Source: Selaginella moellendorffii
Lineage: Eukaryota; Plantae; Lycopodiophyta
Assembly (NCBI RefSeq): GCF_000143415.4
Contig: NW_003314307.1
Span: 910,952 to 974,951 of the forward strand
Direction of reading: 5' to 3'
Length of the DNA stretch: 64,000 nucleotides
Shown here in pieces: positions 25,600-38,459 of the stretch. Positions within the stretch are counted from its first letter, which is position 1; each line of letters opens with the position of its first letter. The notes under the pieces are model-generated. The model did no database searches and was not told the origin of the DNA. It was given only the letters and a program-made list of their open reading frames with translations. The translations under genes and the position numbers were made by a program.

Positions 25600-26052
25600 C
25601 TGCCAGTGATCCTCCAGCATCCGCTCAAAGAGCCCGGGAGCTGAGACTACATCTCCCTGGTGGCAGTAGCTGGAGATGATTGCGTTCCAAGTTACAGCAT
25701 CACGTCCCGCACTGGCCGCTGAGTTGAAAACTTTGCAAGCTTCTGCCATGCAGCCACACCATCCGTAGAAGCCCAGCAGAGAGTTCACGACGACCACCTC
25801 GGCTTCCATCTCGGCATGACAGATCTGCTGGTGGATGGCACTTCCAGTCTCCAGAGCCTTGGAGCTCCCACAGGCCTGGAGTGCAGCAGTGTAAGTTGGA
25901 GCGTTGGGTACTAGGCTTTGGACTTGCTGCATCTGCGAGAAGAGGTCCAGTGCAGCCGGTGCTTGCTCCGCCTGGATGTATCCGAACATCAGCGTTGTCC
26001 ACGAGACAACATTGTGCCTCTCCATCCGGTCAAAAACTCTCCGCGCATCCAC
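25600..26052 (-). pseudogene. Captured PLS-class PPR fragment, copy 1
   Basis: ARRVFDRM..NVVSWTTLMFGY, ALQACGS..LETG..IH, VVNSLLGFY..CG...A..VF, VTWNAIISSY. Confidence 0.9.
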
Positions 26053-26092
26053 CTCTTTGTAAAGCACCCAGCATTTGCTGGGCAAGTACTCG

Positions 26093-26348
26093 TATTCAAA
26101 TATAGATTCTAGGATATTTTAATAGCTAATAGTTGTTGTTCATTTAGATTAATATTTTTATTTATAATTTATAATCTTTCCTAAACACTTTCTAGTATAT
26201 TCTTGTTTATTCTACTATTGATATGGAATAATATTAATCTTGACTCATAAATTATAAATATGTTTATAACCATTGATCAATTAAAATACTCAATGAATGA
26301 TACTAAGTATTGTCTCTCATATTTTTTGTCCTTCACCATGGTGTGCCA
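26093..26348 (-). repeat. Third, partial copy of the end of block A, directly after the Helitron 3' end
   Basis: Near-identical to 38500..38755 and to the reverse complement of ~14665..14915. Confidence 0.9.
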
Positions 26349-27481
26349 GAAGAACGAAGGGCCTAGATCCCCAGAGCCGTCTGATCATGGGCTCCGGGCA
26401 GCCTCGGAAGCCATGGTTCTCAGGAAGGGGAGGCCACCCCAGCCCAGGCTAGGGCCAGTGGCCATGGTTAGCAGGAATATCAGCTCAATGTTGTGGCAGC
26501 CAATGGGCGGGATGCATGTGTGGCCAGGAAGGGAAGAGGCTGTGGTGACAGCTGTTCTGCCATGCACTCCTAGGGCTCCATGGCTGCTCTGCTCGGACGG
26601 GGTTGTGTGGGCATTCCTGTGAGAGTCTGTGCGTCTATAGGCTCCTAGAGGAGGTAATAGGGGCCACACAATCCATGTTCCTCTCAAGATCAACTTAGGA
26701 CTGTGAGAGGCAAATTGGCTCATCTCCAACTCAAAGCTTTGATCCCTGTTCACCACTGCCTCAAGAGCTCTATAGCTTTGGCCTACAGGAAAGCAATTAT
26801 CAAGGACACTCCCTCTTCATCCCCAAATTCTCTTGAGGAATCCCTTACTGCTGGGCCTGGTGAGGGATTGTTTTTTCAGCACATGCTCAAGATCAACTCC
26901 GTTTGTAGGAACCACGTGTTTCAAGTTGACGTAGGGCTGTCGAGTTACTGCGCCAGCCAACACTACTCCTGAAGTTTTGGAAATCTGACATGGCACTAAT
27001 GTTCGGGTTCTCTCAAAAGAGAAGGAGAAGGAGAAGGCGCCACCACAAGCATCGCCTGGTTTAGATTCGTTTTTAGATCAAGGTAAGTTGTAAGTTTGGA
27101 TATCTTTGTATTCTATGATGAGATTTTTTTTTCCGTCCGATACTGCTTCCATGAAATCTAAAATTTAGTTCCAGTTTCCAAGATTCTGAGGGCTGGTTTC
27201 AATGATGCGTGCTTATGGGCTTTCTCAGGTGTCTGGGATGCTGTGCCAGGTAACCTGATGCTGGCGTAGGAGCAACACTTGGGGCTGCAGCTCAAAATTG
27301 CAAAGCTGTGGATTATGAGGCAGAGATTGGTAAACACAACATTGGAGTTATTTTGTTGTTCTTGAGTGTGCTTCGCAAAAGTCTAATATTTCCCTTTCAG
27401 ATCATTACATAGTTGTGAATTTTATATATATCCAACTGTAGTCTGCATTTCTATTCTGCATAAACTTCTATACAAACTCAA

Positions 27482-27484
<3 letters not shown>

Positions 27485-27541
<57 letters not shown>
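27485..27541. repeat. (TA)n microsatellite
   Basis: Uninterrupted AT dinucleotide run. Confidence 0.98.
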
Positions 27542-27545
<4 letters not shown>

Positions 27546-30500
27546 TCTATAATCAAACAGACTGAAAATGCCTCGCCTCCGCCATCTTTTGAGAGCAATA
27601 CGACATAGTAAAAAATCTAATGGAGATTTAGATGGCTCTTAAACTATGATTGATCATGATACACATACTATAGCTGTTCAAAATAATCATGATAATGATT
27701 CTATACACCAAAATCTTAAAATTGGAGGTAATATAACTTGGTTATTCTGGCAACACACTGAAGAGTTTTCATCTTTAAAATGCAATGCATTACAAAAAGT
27801 ACAAACAAATGATAAACTACTGATATTAAAATTTATAATGTTAAAATCATTATAAATGCTATGACTTTCTAGTGTGGTATTCATGGGTGGGAGTGGTGGA
27901 TTTAATATTGCTTGATATATGTAATCATCATAATGACATGCATGTAAGATTCCAGATGCTTTTGACTGTCTAACTGATTAGTGTATATAATCATTATCAT
28001 GATCACCCTAAACTCATTTTCATGATCACCCTAAACCCTAAACTAGTATTATATTATTATAGTATAGGAACCACCAAAATCATTATAAGTGGTAAACATA
28101 GGAATCACCATCCAACAAAGTTCAATAGCTGGTATACCATCAAGGAAACTCAATAATAAAACGTAACTACCAAAATTTATAAATAGGATGCCAAACAACC
28201 TACTAAAGATAACTCAAAGAACACAAAGTACCATTAACTGACAAACACAATGCTCGCGAATGTATCACCCGAAGGAAATAATATCATAATCTATCAAAAC
28301 TAACTCGAGCAATAATCAACAAAACAGAATGAATGTGGTAAGACCAACAAACACTCATTTATACTAACTATCGCACTAGTCAATTTAAATAGATCCCAGC
28401 CAATAACACCAAGGAACTCAAGTTGCCTTAGCAAGTGTAAGCAACATTCTATTGATGTCTCAAACCCAAGAGACCAATCCAAAGCAAATCACAAACAAGA
28501 TGTGATATTGCAAAAAACTATAAGCTATCAAAGAAAACAACTAACCATCATGAAATATCATTGATCATCCATCAATGAAGAAATGCATAATTATTGTCAA
28601 AGAAGAATTCACCATCCCAAAGAATAGTGAATCATTCTATATCAACAATAATTAAGCAAAACCATTTGACATAGATAAGCATCTATCCTAGATGATAGTT
28701 AATCATCACCAATGATTGCCAGATGTAAATACTAACTTCAACATTGAAACTAATGAACCAAAATGCCTTCCCCTACAACTCATAACAAATGAAACAATGA
28801 GTATGGAAACTCAAAGAACCAAAAGCTCGAAGAAGGCTATAGCCAAGTTGTGCCCAACAAGGATCACGAGTTTTGCATGAACTAATTTCAATGCTAAAGA
28901 AGAAATTATGGTACAACCCGCAATATCTTCCTCAACACATCTATAAGCTAAACTTCATAATGCCAAAGCTAATGAAGAGCATATCTGCATCAATCCAAAA
29001 ACTAAGCATAACGAAGCTATGCTCAACAAGTGATCACCAAACAATCCTCCATGAATCCATCTATAGCAAGACGTAACTCACTTCATAATAAACACAAGAA
29101 GAATCATTAATAATTGATATATCTCAATTCAAATCTAATAAGGATTCAAACATTTCAATAACAATCACTAACTCTTCCTCTCGTAAAGCTAGTATAGTCC
29201 ATGACTAAATCATTTTTCAAAGAAAAGCCAAAGCTCAACGTCTACTAAACAATCTCGTCTAGAACACAACTAACTCAACTTGCCACTCAGTTCGTTTGAA
29301 CATCAACATAATTGCTAACTAGCAAATGTACGAATGCTAATAACACAAAGTTACAACCAAATCATCAACACTATCTCTATCGAGACTAATGAAACTCAAT
29401 ATCAATCCTAAGAAAAAACATCTCATTTCACTTGAATCTTAACATCAACAATGTTAATGACAAGGCATCACTTCAATGCCATCAACACCAAAACAAAGCT
29501 AAAAGAAAGCAAAAGTGGATCACCACTCAAACTCTCTAGCAACTAAGTTAACTAAAGTTGAAGATACTTTAGTCAGTATCCGAGACCAATTCTTTAACAA
29601 TACTCAGCTACAGATAACACTTCATCAAGGAGTGAATCATCACATCCAAGACTCAATGAAATTCAACACTATGAACTAAATGCAACCAAATGATATCAAC
29701 AAAAGAATCGATATGCCAACATAGAAAACCCATGCAAGCCACAACACGATCCTCCACAACACCATCTGGTAAAGCAAACCCATCATCGCTAAATCATCAT
29801 CGAGTGAAGCAAGTGTTACAGTCCTTGACAAAGTCTATAAGCAACCACTAGTTGCAAAGCAACCAACAATCACTCTCTTCAACTTGCTTTCACAAGACCC
29901 AAACACTAAATTCGCACCATTGAGTCATATACTTGTCCAACATAAACATAACACCTCAAGTACGAGATATAGGTTCATGGACAAACATAAACTAAATAAC
30001 CACTCGAATCCAACTTAACCGCAATAAACTCACTAGTGCATTTAGCCACTAGCTCTGAGCATGCCTTGAAGAGGCTAGTTATGCATGATCAACACTCAAC
30101 TAAAACTAAAGTGAAGACCATGAGATGAATTTATATTGATACACAACCTCCACTTAGACAAAGTTATAGTATGGGTACCAACATCTCAACTATAAACAAC
30201 TAAGTTGAACATCACTAACCTCAGCCAAGGTATAGAGCCACCAAAACCAAGTCAAGATCAATGAGAGCTCACTAGTCTCATAGAATCTTAACAAAATGCA
30301 AGATGCAACTTGCCACCAAGCATAATGCTATAGAAGGAAGGCACAAGGGTCACCTTTCTAGAAAAACGCAATAGCCACTTTTTTTTACACCAACTCTAGA
30401 CTCTATCCAACTCAATTGCTTTAACTCCAAAAGTCAATATCCTTTTTGGGCTGCATCATACAAACTACCTACTAAAGTTTAAGCTAACCGAAGTTAACTC

Positions 30501-33500
30501 TAACCCTTTATTGACTTACGAAAACAGAATGGTTTTCGAGCAAAGTGATTAATAGATCAGCCATTGGAAAAATCTAAAAAAAATTGTGAAAAAATTTTCC
30601 ATCCTAGAGAAAGAATGACTCTCAGTCTAGAAATACAAACTTTCAAAACTCAGCCAACTTCCTCCTACTAACAACTTCACATAGGTTCATCTCAACACCA
30701 ATTCTCATGACCCATAATATGCTTAAGCATCGAACATTTTTGCCCATACTTCCGACATCTAACACCGACATTCATAAAATGCAAAGTAAACATCCAAGGC
30801 TTGATCACGAAGACCACATCTTCGGATATCCACACTGCACTAACACTCTTCGTCAACCATCTTCAAGATCTAATGTGAAGCTAAAACACTAACAAGAAAA
30901 AAATGATATGGAAAATCAAGCTCTAAGGAAAATTCCTCATCACTCGAAATAATAATGCCACTTCCACTAACACAAGTGTTAGTGATGTCAATACCTCAAC
31001 TACACATTTTCTCCATCTAAAAATCTACTCCAAGTGTTAACGGATCAACTAACAAACTATAACAAGTGAATGTTATAACCTTTTTCCAACACCTTATGGA
31101 CAAACCCTTATGGAAACAAGGTACCAACTTAAATTTAGCATAATGGACCACCTTCGAGAATTCCAGTTAAAGCTATTACAATGTTACTATGTGCAAGTAG
31201 ATTAGCTTCACTATCAACCACTTTGGGGTTGATCATCGATTAACCAAGCAACTTCGTAAACACATTGCTCATTATTACATAGATATGATATAAGAAATCA
31301 CAATGACTTGATCATCAATTGAGCAACACAACGAGTAATGCCCATATTACTATTACAAAGGTTTATGTGAATATCAAGTGTCAACTCGATTTGACAAATT
31401 GTAACATAAATGCCACACTCCATTAATAGGGATTTACAACACCTAACACCACTAACTTTTGTTCACAACATGGACAAGCTCATGCCACCCTCTTTCCAAC
31501 CAAACTCAAAACTAATCCAACCCCAAGCTACTCAAAGAGCAATAGCAAAGTTCCCCGGAAAAGAATTGAGCATTGCAACCCAAGTCTTCCAATAATAAGC
31601 CTAAACAAAATGGTTTAGCACTTCACTGCTATCCATCTTACAACTCACCATTTGTAAGACCATTATTTCCAAATGCATCAAGGTAGGGACTCTTGATTGC
31701 ATGATGTGAACATAAGCAATGAGTTACACTTCATTGCAAATCATTTCTCCAAGAGGAGAAAATGATTTACATGTTTGATCCTTCGTCCCTGATGACTCTC
31801 TTTTTAGTCTCTACTTTGACTAAACCTCAAGTTTGCTTTCGCACTACCCTCAATCTAATCTAAGAAAAGTTTATGAGAGAGCACAGCAACGACTACTTGA
31901 ACCAATAAACTAATCCCTATAGTCTTGATTGATCCACTTATAATCATGCCTAAGAAGGATCCACTAGTGCCGTGCTAAACAACTACGGATCAGCCTATTT
32001 GCTACTCATAGCAAACCCAGGGAAGGTTTACTTTCACCCACGGTATATGGAACAACTCATGGAAGTATTGATAGGCTAACATTAATCCTGCCAACTCAAA
32101 GTGTATCCTCAAGTTGCTAATGTGCTTCACGAGCCCAAACTCAAACTCGTGTGAACGGAACAGCTCAATCCCTCTCTTGAGCCCAAGAGCAAGCTCACAT
32201 TATTTATTATTTCGGTACAAAAGGTAACCAAATCCATACCCAAGGAACAAATGTGAAACCTTTGCACCCAAACGTGTACCCACTTGGATCATCGTTTTCA
32301 TCTCTGCGTATGCAATGAGATTAGTTGCCCAATCTCATTGGATAGCACTCGCTGAGACTCATCCTCTAATACCAAATGTAGCTCACATGGTTTTGACCCT
32401 TTATCCTATGGTGATTTACCATAGGATATGAAGCGGAATCTAAACCCTCTTTATGCCACGTGATGCATGCCATGTGTCACATGCCACATGTCCATAAGAT
32501 AGTGGTGCGGAACCCGAGGTTCAAGGCCTTAGGCCACTGAATAAAGGAACAGTGCCAAACTCCCAAGCATGGAGCTAAGGAGCATTAGCACTGGAGCACG
32601 GAACGACTCCCGAGCATATATCCCAAGGAGTGAAGGGACAGAAGCCCGAAGCGACTTGGAATAGTCCTGGAGCAACTAGCATCCCAATGCCAGGACCAGC
32701 ACGCAAAACTGAGCCAAATGGAGTCTGGTGCTATTTCGGCATACCGGTGGCCTAACACAAAGATATGGGTACTCCACCAGCTAGCATGGAGTGAAACTTG
32801 GGCTTAGACCCAAGCCGGATGCAGAACAAGGACAGGCATGCAAGCGGGAGCTAGACTATGCCTCAGGTTGGTCGGCCATGCCCAACCTACACTATCCCTA
32901 CTATACATTTGGAACCCCCCTTCCCCCCCCCCCACGCTTTGGGCTTTCACCCCAAGCCTCCCTTAGTATCAGGAGTTAATCTTTGGGACAAGCTCGAAAC
33001 TTACTAAATATGGAATGGCGCTAGATTGCAAATTTGGACACGGGACGAACACCATCGTGTTCAGGCTGATTTCTACATTCCGTAGATATGCCAAATAAGC
33101 AAATCTAGACACTTTCCATAAATAGCATTTGGGACTGAAATAAGACTAACACAAAGGGCATGATAGCAAGGGTGTTTAGAAGACACAGTAAGCTATCATC
33201 TAGCGATATTAAGGGACCAAGCTCAATATCACGGGGGTTCCTAACACTAGCAAGTGCAAGCCAACATCATGAGTTTCTCATCACCGTGTCAAATCTGCTT
33301 GACTAAATGACAACTTAGGATATCCTTCCTTAGTGCCCTTCCGGTCTAAATGCACATGTGATGACTAGTTTCTCAATTCGCTTAGGCGAAGACTAATAAC
33401 AAGTCCAACAATACCGACCTCCTGTTATCGTGGTAGTAAGGTAAGAGTGTCCGTAAGGACTAGCCGACAGGTAACTTTCGATACTTGAAGTCACATTCGT

Positions 33501-36500
33501 GACATGTATGAAATGGAACAAGAAGAAAATTTTTTTGCTACACTTTCAGATTATCCTATATATGGTGTTTACATGTTATTAAAAACTAAATGAACTGTTA
33601 TTAAAAACTAAAAGAACTGTAATGCTCCATGGACAAATGATGTTGTTGTTGTGTTTGTTAGTGATGATAGAGAACTGCCTCATAGTCATGAAATTTGCAT
33701 ATATCCAACTGTAAGCAATTCTAAATGTATCTCAACACTTGATTATAATTGTGATCCAATGGTTTACCCATTAATATTTCCTTTTGGTAACAAAGGCTAG
33801 CACAAAAATATTTTTAATTCCGGATGTCAAATTACATTACTTCAATATTATGCATACTGTTTATCTATAAGAGACACAATACACTTTGGTTTTGATCAAA
33901 TTTTACATGTAGGAAAACTCACACAATAATATATAGTCGATGACTGGTCTTATGGATTATGTTGCAAACCGTGCTACTAATGAAAATATAAATTCAAACA
34001 AGATTGTTATTTTACCTTCAAGTTTTGGGGGTGGCCCTAAAGCAATGCAACAAAATTATTTAAATACAATGGCTATAGTTATTCATTTTTCAAAGCCAGA
34101 TTTTTTCATTACTTTTACATGCACTCCCAAATGGCCAGAAATTTCTAAAAAATTACATCAAAATGAAGGCCTTGAAGATCATCTAGGCTTGGTTTCTAGA
34201 GTATTTCATATCAAGCTTAAAGAATTTTTGAATGATATTACTAAAAAATATATTTTTGGAAATTGTATTGCTTTTATATATGTAATTGAATTTCAAAGGA
34301 GAGGCCTTCCACATTGTCACTTTCTAGGGATTTTATCTGATGAAAACAAGATTAAAAATTGTGATGCTATTAATCAATACATAATGGCACAATTGCTTGA
34401 TCCTCAAAATGAACTTGAAATTTTTAAAATAATTACCTCTAATATGATACATAGTCCATGTGGGCATCTTTAACCTAATAGTCCTTGCATGGAAAATGGC
34501 ACTTGCTCAAAGGCATGTTTTAATTTGGGATGAAATCCCAACTTTTTAAATACACGTTATATATCTGCTCCAAAAGCAATATAGATACTTTTTAAATTTA
34601 AAATACATGGTTATTTGACCCCTATAATCTGTCTTTCTATCCATCTTCTAAATTTTCAAAATGTCTATTTTATAGAAGGTTTTACACAAATGGCACTTCA
34701 AAGAGCTACTCAAAATGATACAATGTTGACAAAATCGTTTGAATTAAATATAAATGAATGAAATGCTAGACAATGTATTCTGTGTCTCCATCCAATGTTG
34801 AATTATATTATTTACATCTTATTTTACTCCATAAAAAAGGTGTTATGTTTTTCAAAGATCTCAAAACAGTTAACAATATTTATTATGACACATTTAAACA
34901 AATTTCAGATATAATAGGGTTTATAGTTGATGATATCGAATGGGAAAAATGTTTAGAAAATACTTGCTTTTTTAGAATGCTATCACAATTAAAACAATTA
35001 TTTGTATTACTTTGTACTTTTTGCACTCCAAATGATCTTTATTTTTTATGGGATAAATTGAAAGACTTCTTTTCTAAGGATTTCATGCAAAAAAATCTAA
35101 TTTTTCATTATGAATATGTTTTACATAATATAAATATAAAAATGAAAATGCATGGCATAATTAATCAAAACTACCATCTACCTTTCCCGTCTGAAAATTT
35201 TGATAATGAAAATAATGTCAACTCAACACAAATATATCAAAATGTTGAACAAAATATTTCTCAATTTAATCAAGAATAGTTAAATATTTTTAATGATATT
35301 CTTAATGTTATTGATCACCCAACTGAGCATAATCAATACATTTTCATTGATGGTCCTGGTAGTACTGGTAAAACATTTTTTCTTAACACTCTTAGAAATA
35401 TTTTACAACAAAAAAAAAAAATGTTGTTAGCATGGCTATTCCAATAAATGAAATATCAACTTTTGCTATAACTGCTAATAGTGAAGCAGGTATAAGAATC
35501 AAAACTACTAACGTATTGTTATGGGATGAAATAAGTATAGTTCACACTCATGCATTCACTACTGTTGATCGAATGTTGCGAGACTTAAAAATACATCATT
35601 ACCTTTTGGTGGCATAATTGTTGTCACTAGTGGGGACTTTAGAGAAACACTTCTAATCATTCCACATGGACATAGGGCATATATTGTTTCAAGTTTTATA
35701 AAAATGAATAAATTATAGAGATTATTTAGAAAATTATCTTTGAAAACAAATATGTGACTTGTTGAAAGTGATAAATCATGGGCTGAATGGCTTCTCAAAG
35801 TTGGAAATGGTGAAAATTTTCAAAATTTACCATCTTTACCTTCTAACTCCATTTTATTACCTCATACACAACTAATTTATTCATCTAATATTGATTTTGT
35901 CTACTCTTCAGTATTTGATATTTCAAACCCTATCAAGTCATATTTACCCCACTTAATGATGACACATTTGCAATCAATAACACTATTGTTTTTAGATTAC
36001 AAGGTGATTCATATATCTACAAAAGTTTTGATTTTATTGATATTGAACATCCTGAAAAATTTTCAATAGAATTCCTAAATTCTATCACACCTTCTAGTTT
36101 CCCACCACATAAAATCTCTTTCAAACAAGGTGCTATTCTTATCCTCCTAAGAAATATGTCTTCATCAGCAAGACTATGCAATGGCACATGTCTCATCCTG
36201 AAAACTGCACTACCAAATGTTTTAGACTGTGGAATTATGATGGGGCAATTTAAGGGGACAAAAGTTTTTATCCCACGTATCACACTAATACCATCAAATA
36301 TAAAAATTCCGTTCAAAATGTCCAAAAGACAATTTCAAATCCATTTAAGTTACTGCTTAACAATCCCCAAATGCCAAGGACAAACATTTGACTGAGTTGG
36401 AGTTTACTTGTTCCCCCCTAGTTTTCACTCATGGGCAACTTTATGTGGCTTTATCAAGATACACATCACTACATGGCATTAGAATTAAAGTTCAAAACAC

Positions 36501-36621
36501 CACATGCCAAAGCCACCTCCTTCCTCAAGATCCTTCTGTTTTTACAATCAACATTGTTTATAAAGAGGTTTTATATTAAACCTCTTTGTAAACCACCCAA
36601 CATTTGTTGGGCAAGTACTCG
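27546..36621 (+). mobile_element. Helitron RepHel pseudogene, copy 2 (interrupted by LTR element remnant; left boundary uncertain)
   Basis: N-terminal Cys motif (inverted, ~27715-27884). CDPMVYPLIFPFG at ~33750, [36 protein letters not shown]. Ends with hairpin CCCAACATTTGTTGGG and CTCG at 36621. Confidence 0.9.
28045..33504 (-). mobile_element. Truncated LTR retrotransposon: 5' LTR 32377..33504 plus heavily decayed internal region
   Basis: 1.13-kb TG...CA repeat homologous to 62675..63810. Met-type PBS TGGTATTAGAGG lies 2 nt inside the LTR. No readable ORFs internally, so the superfamily is not determined and the left boundary is approximate. Confidence 0.75.
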
Positions 36622-37020
36622 TCTATCACAATAAGGAGGACTTGCTAAACTTTCTAGGCCACTAGATCTAGCCAATCATAAAGGGGTTATTTCTTTAATT
36701 ATATGTTTGCAAATAATTGCACTGATGTTTGCTCTCGGCCAATGGGGGGTAGCCAAATTACGTGGGGCGAGAGAAGAAAGCGTTGTGACACATATTGCAG
36801 GTAAATGTGTTGACCATGACTGCACTTGCAATCTATCAAGCGAATTGGTTTTGTTTTATAATGTTTTTCTAGGGTTTATGAAATGGCGAGAGAGCCCCTA
36901 CCACTGCTGCCAATTTGCGATCCAAATCTGAGATGCTGTGTCAACGCACATCTTGGTATAGTGTGTGTCAAGATTTAATTGATTTGTCTGCACTTTCTTC
37001 TAGCATTGTTTTAGTTCCAG

Positions 37021-37368
37021 GTCTGCTTTGGTAGTGGTAGAGTTAAAAAATGAAGGGTCAAATGCTTTTAAGCCAAATCTATATGACAAGATGATAGTTA
37101 TTGAGCAGAGAATCACTACTGGAAACAACACTATTGTCTTGAAAAATCACCAATGTTGGTTTCTATCGTGCGAGGGATTTACGTCTTTTGTATTGTGTAT
37201 TCCAGGTGAAAAACTTTCTTCAAACAAGCAAGATTTGTGCGATGTGATCCACCATTTCAGTGTAAGCTAAGATTGTATTTTAAACTTTTCTACTTTCCTA
37301 CTGTCACCTGTTTTTTGTAGATTGACGCGGAAAACCCATGTGTGATTATGTCTCAAGACATGAGTCGG
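37021..37368 (+). pseudogene. SMC6: Captured SMC6 fragment, copy 2 (3 exons, 2 introns)
   Basis: Acceptors TTCCAG at 37020 and 37205 and TTGTAG at 37320; donor GTAAGC at 37262. Translation ELKNEGSNAFKP.LY..IVIEQRIT / GEKLSSNKQDL..VIHHFS / IDAENPCVIMSQDMSR. Confidence 0.85.
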
Positions 37369-38004
37369 CATTACCACTACCACCTCCAAAGCCAGCACCG
37401 CTTGGAACTCTTTTGTCCAAGTGAAGGGAAGAGGGCGTGGTGACAGGTGTTACACCATGCACTCCTAGGGCTCCATGGCTGCTCTGCTCAGACACAGTTG
37501 TGTGGGCATTCCCGTGAGAGTCTGTGCATCTGTAAGCTCCTAGAGGAAGTGCTCACAGGGATAATAGGGGTGTGATGAAGGTCGGGTTCTTGAGGCAGGC
37601 ATTGCTGTTGCGGTCCTTGAAAAATCCACTGCCGAAGTAGCATAGAACGTATTCAAAATCCCTCAATGCCGGAACCTGCAACTCAAAGCTTGTCACAAAG
37701 GTGAGAATGAGGCTGGCCGATTTTACCTGACTCGTAAGCGGGCAAGTAGAATGGTAGTTGAGCACACAATCCAGGCTCCTTTCGGGATCAACTCACTTGC
37801 AAGCCGCACCACAGGCAGGGCTGGTGAGGGAGTGCACCAGAAATGAAGAGCTAGGCTATGCTTGAATCCTGGAGCTGACTGGCACCATGGCAGTGGGTGT
37901 GGGTGATGCAAGGTATGCGAGTGACTAGATGGTGTGTGTGACCTGAAGGCGTCAAAGGAGTTCTTTGAGCTGTCAAAGGAGGGGAAGCTGAAGAAGCTGA
38001 AGTA

Positions 38005-38459
38005 CACTGCCAGTGATCCTCCAGCATCCGCTCAAAGAGCCTGGGAGCCGAGACTACATCTCCCTGGTGGCAGTAGCTGGAGATGATCGCGTTCCAAGTT
38101 ACGGCGTCACGTCCCGTGCTGGCCGCTGAGTTGAAAACTTCACAAGCTTCCACCATGCAGCCACACCGTCTGTAGAAGCCCAGCAGAGAGTTCACGACGA
38201 CCACCTCGGCTTCCATCTCGGCATGACAGATCTGCTGGTGGATGGCACTTCCAGTCTCCAGAGCCTTGGAGCTCCCGCAGGCCTGGAGTGCAGTGGTGTA
38301 AGTTGGAGCGTCGGGTACTAGGCCTTGGACTTGCTGCATCTGCGAGAAGAGATCCAGTGCAGCCGGTGCTTGCTCCGCCTGGATGTATCCGAGCATCAGC
38401 GTTGTCCACGAGACAACATCGTGCCTCTCCATCCGGTCAAAAACTCTCCGCGCATCCAC
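38005..38459 (-). pseudogene. Captured PLS-class PPR fragment, copy 2
   Basis: ORF 37851..38492 with DVVSWTTLMLGY and VTWNAIISSY motifs. Confidence 0.9.

Larger units (their letters stand above)
24405..26092 (+). mobile_element. Non-autonomous cargo Helitron, copy 1
   Basis: Starts TCTATCACAAT. Ends with CCCAGC-ATTT-GCTGGG hairpin plus CAAGTACTCG, followed by T. Contains SMC6 and PPR fragments. Confidence 0.8.

Noticed and set aside
25375-26085. 236-aa PPR ORF as a functional gene
   Set aside because: It starts at a non-ATG codon inside the Helitron terminator, holds only about three motifs and runs into unrelated cargo.
37572-37731. C/D-box snoRNA (GTGATGA...CTGA)
   Set aside because: No terminal stem or rRNA guide is evident. 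The segment is better explained as a minus-strand exon-intron-exon fragment.
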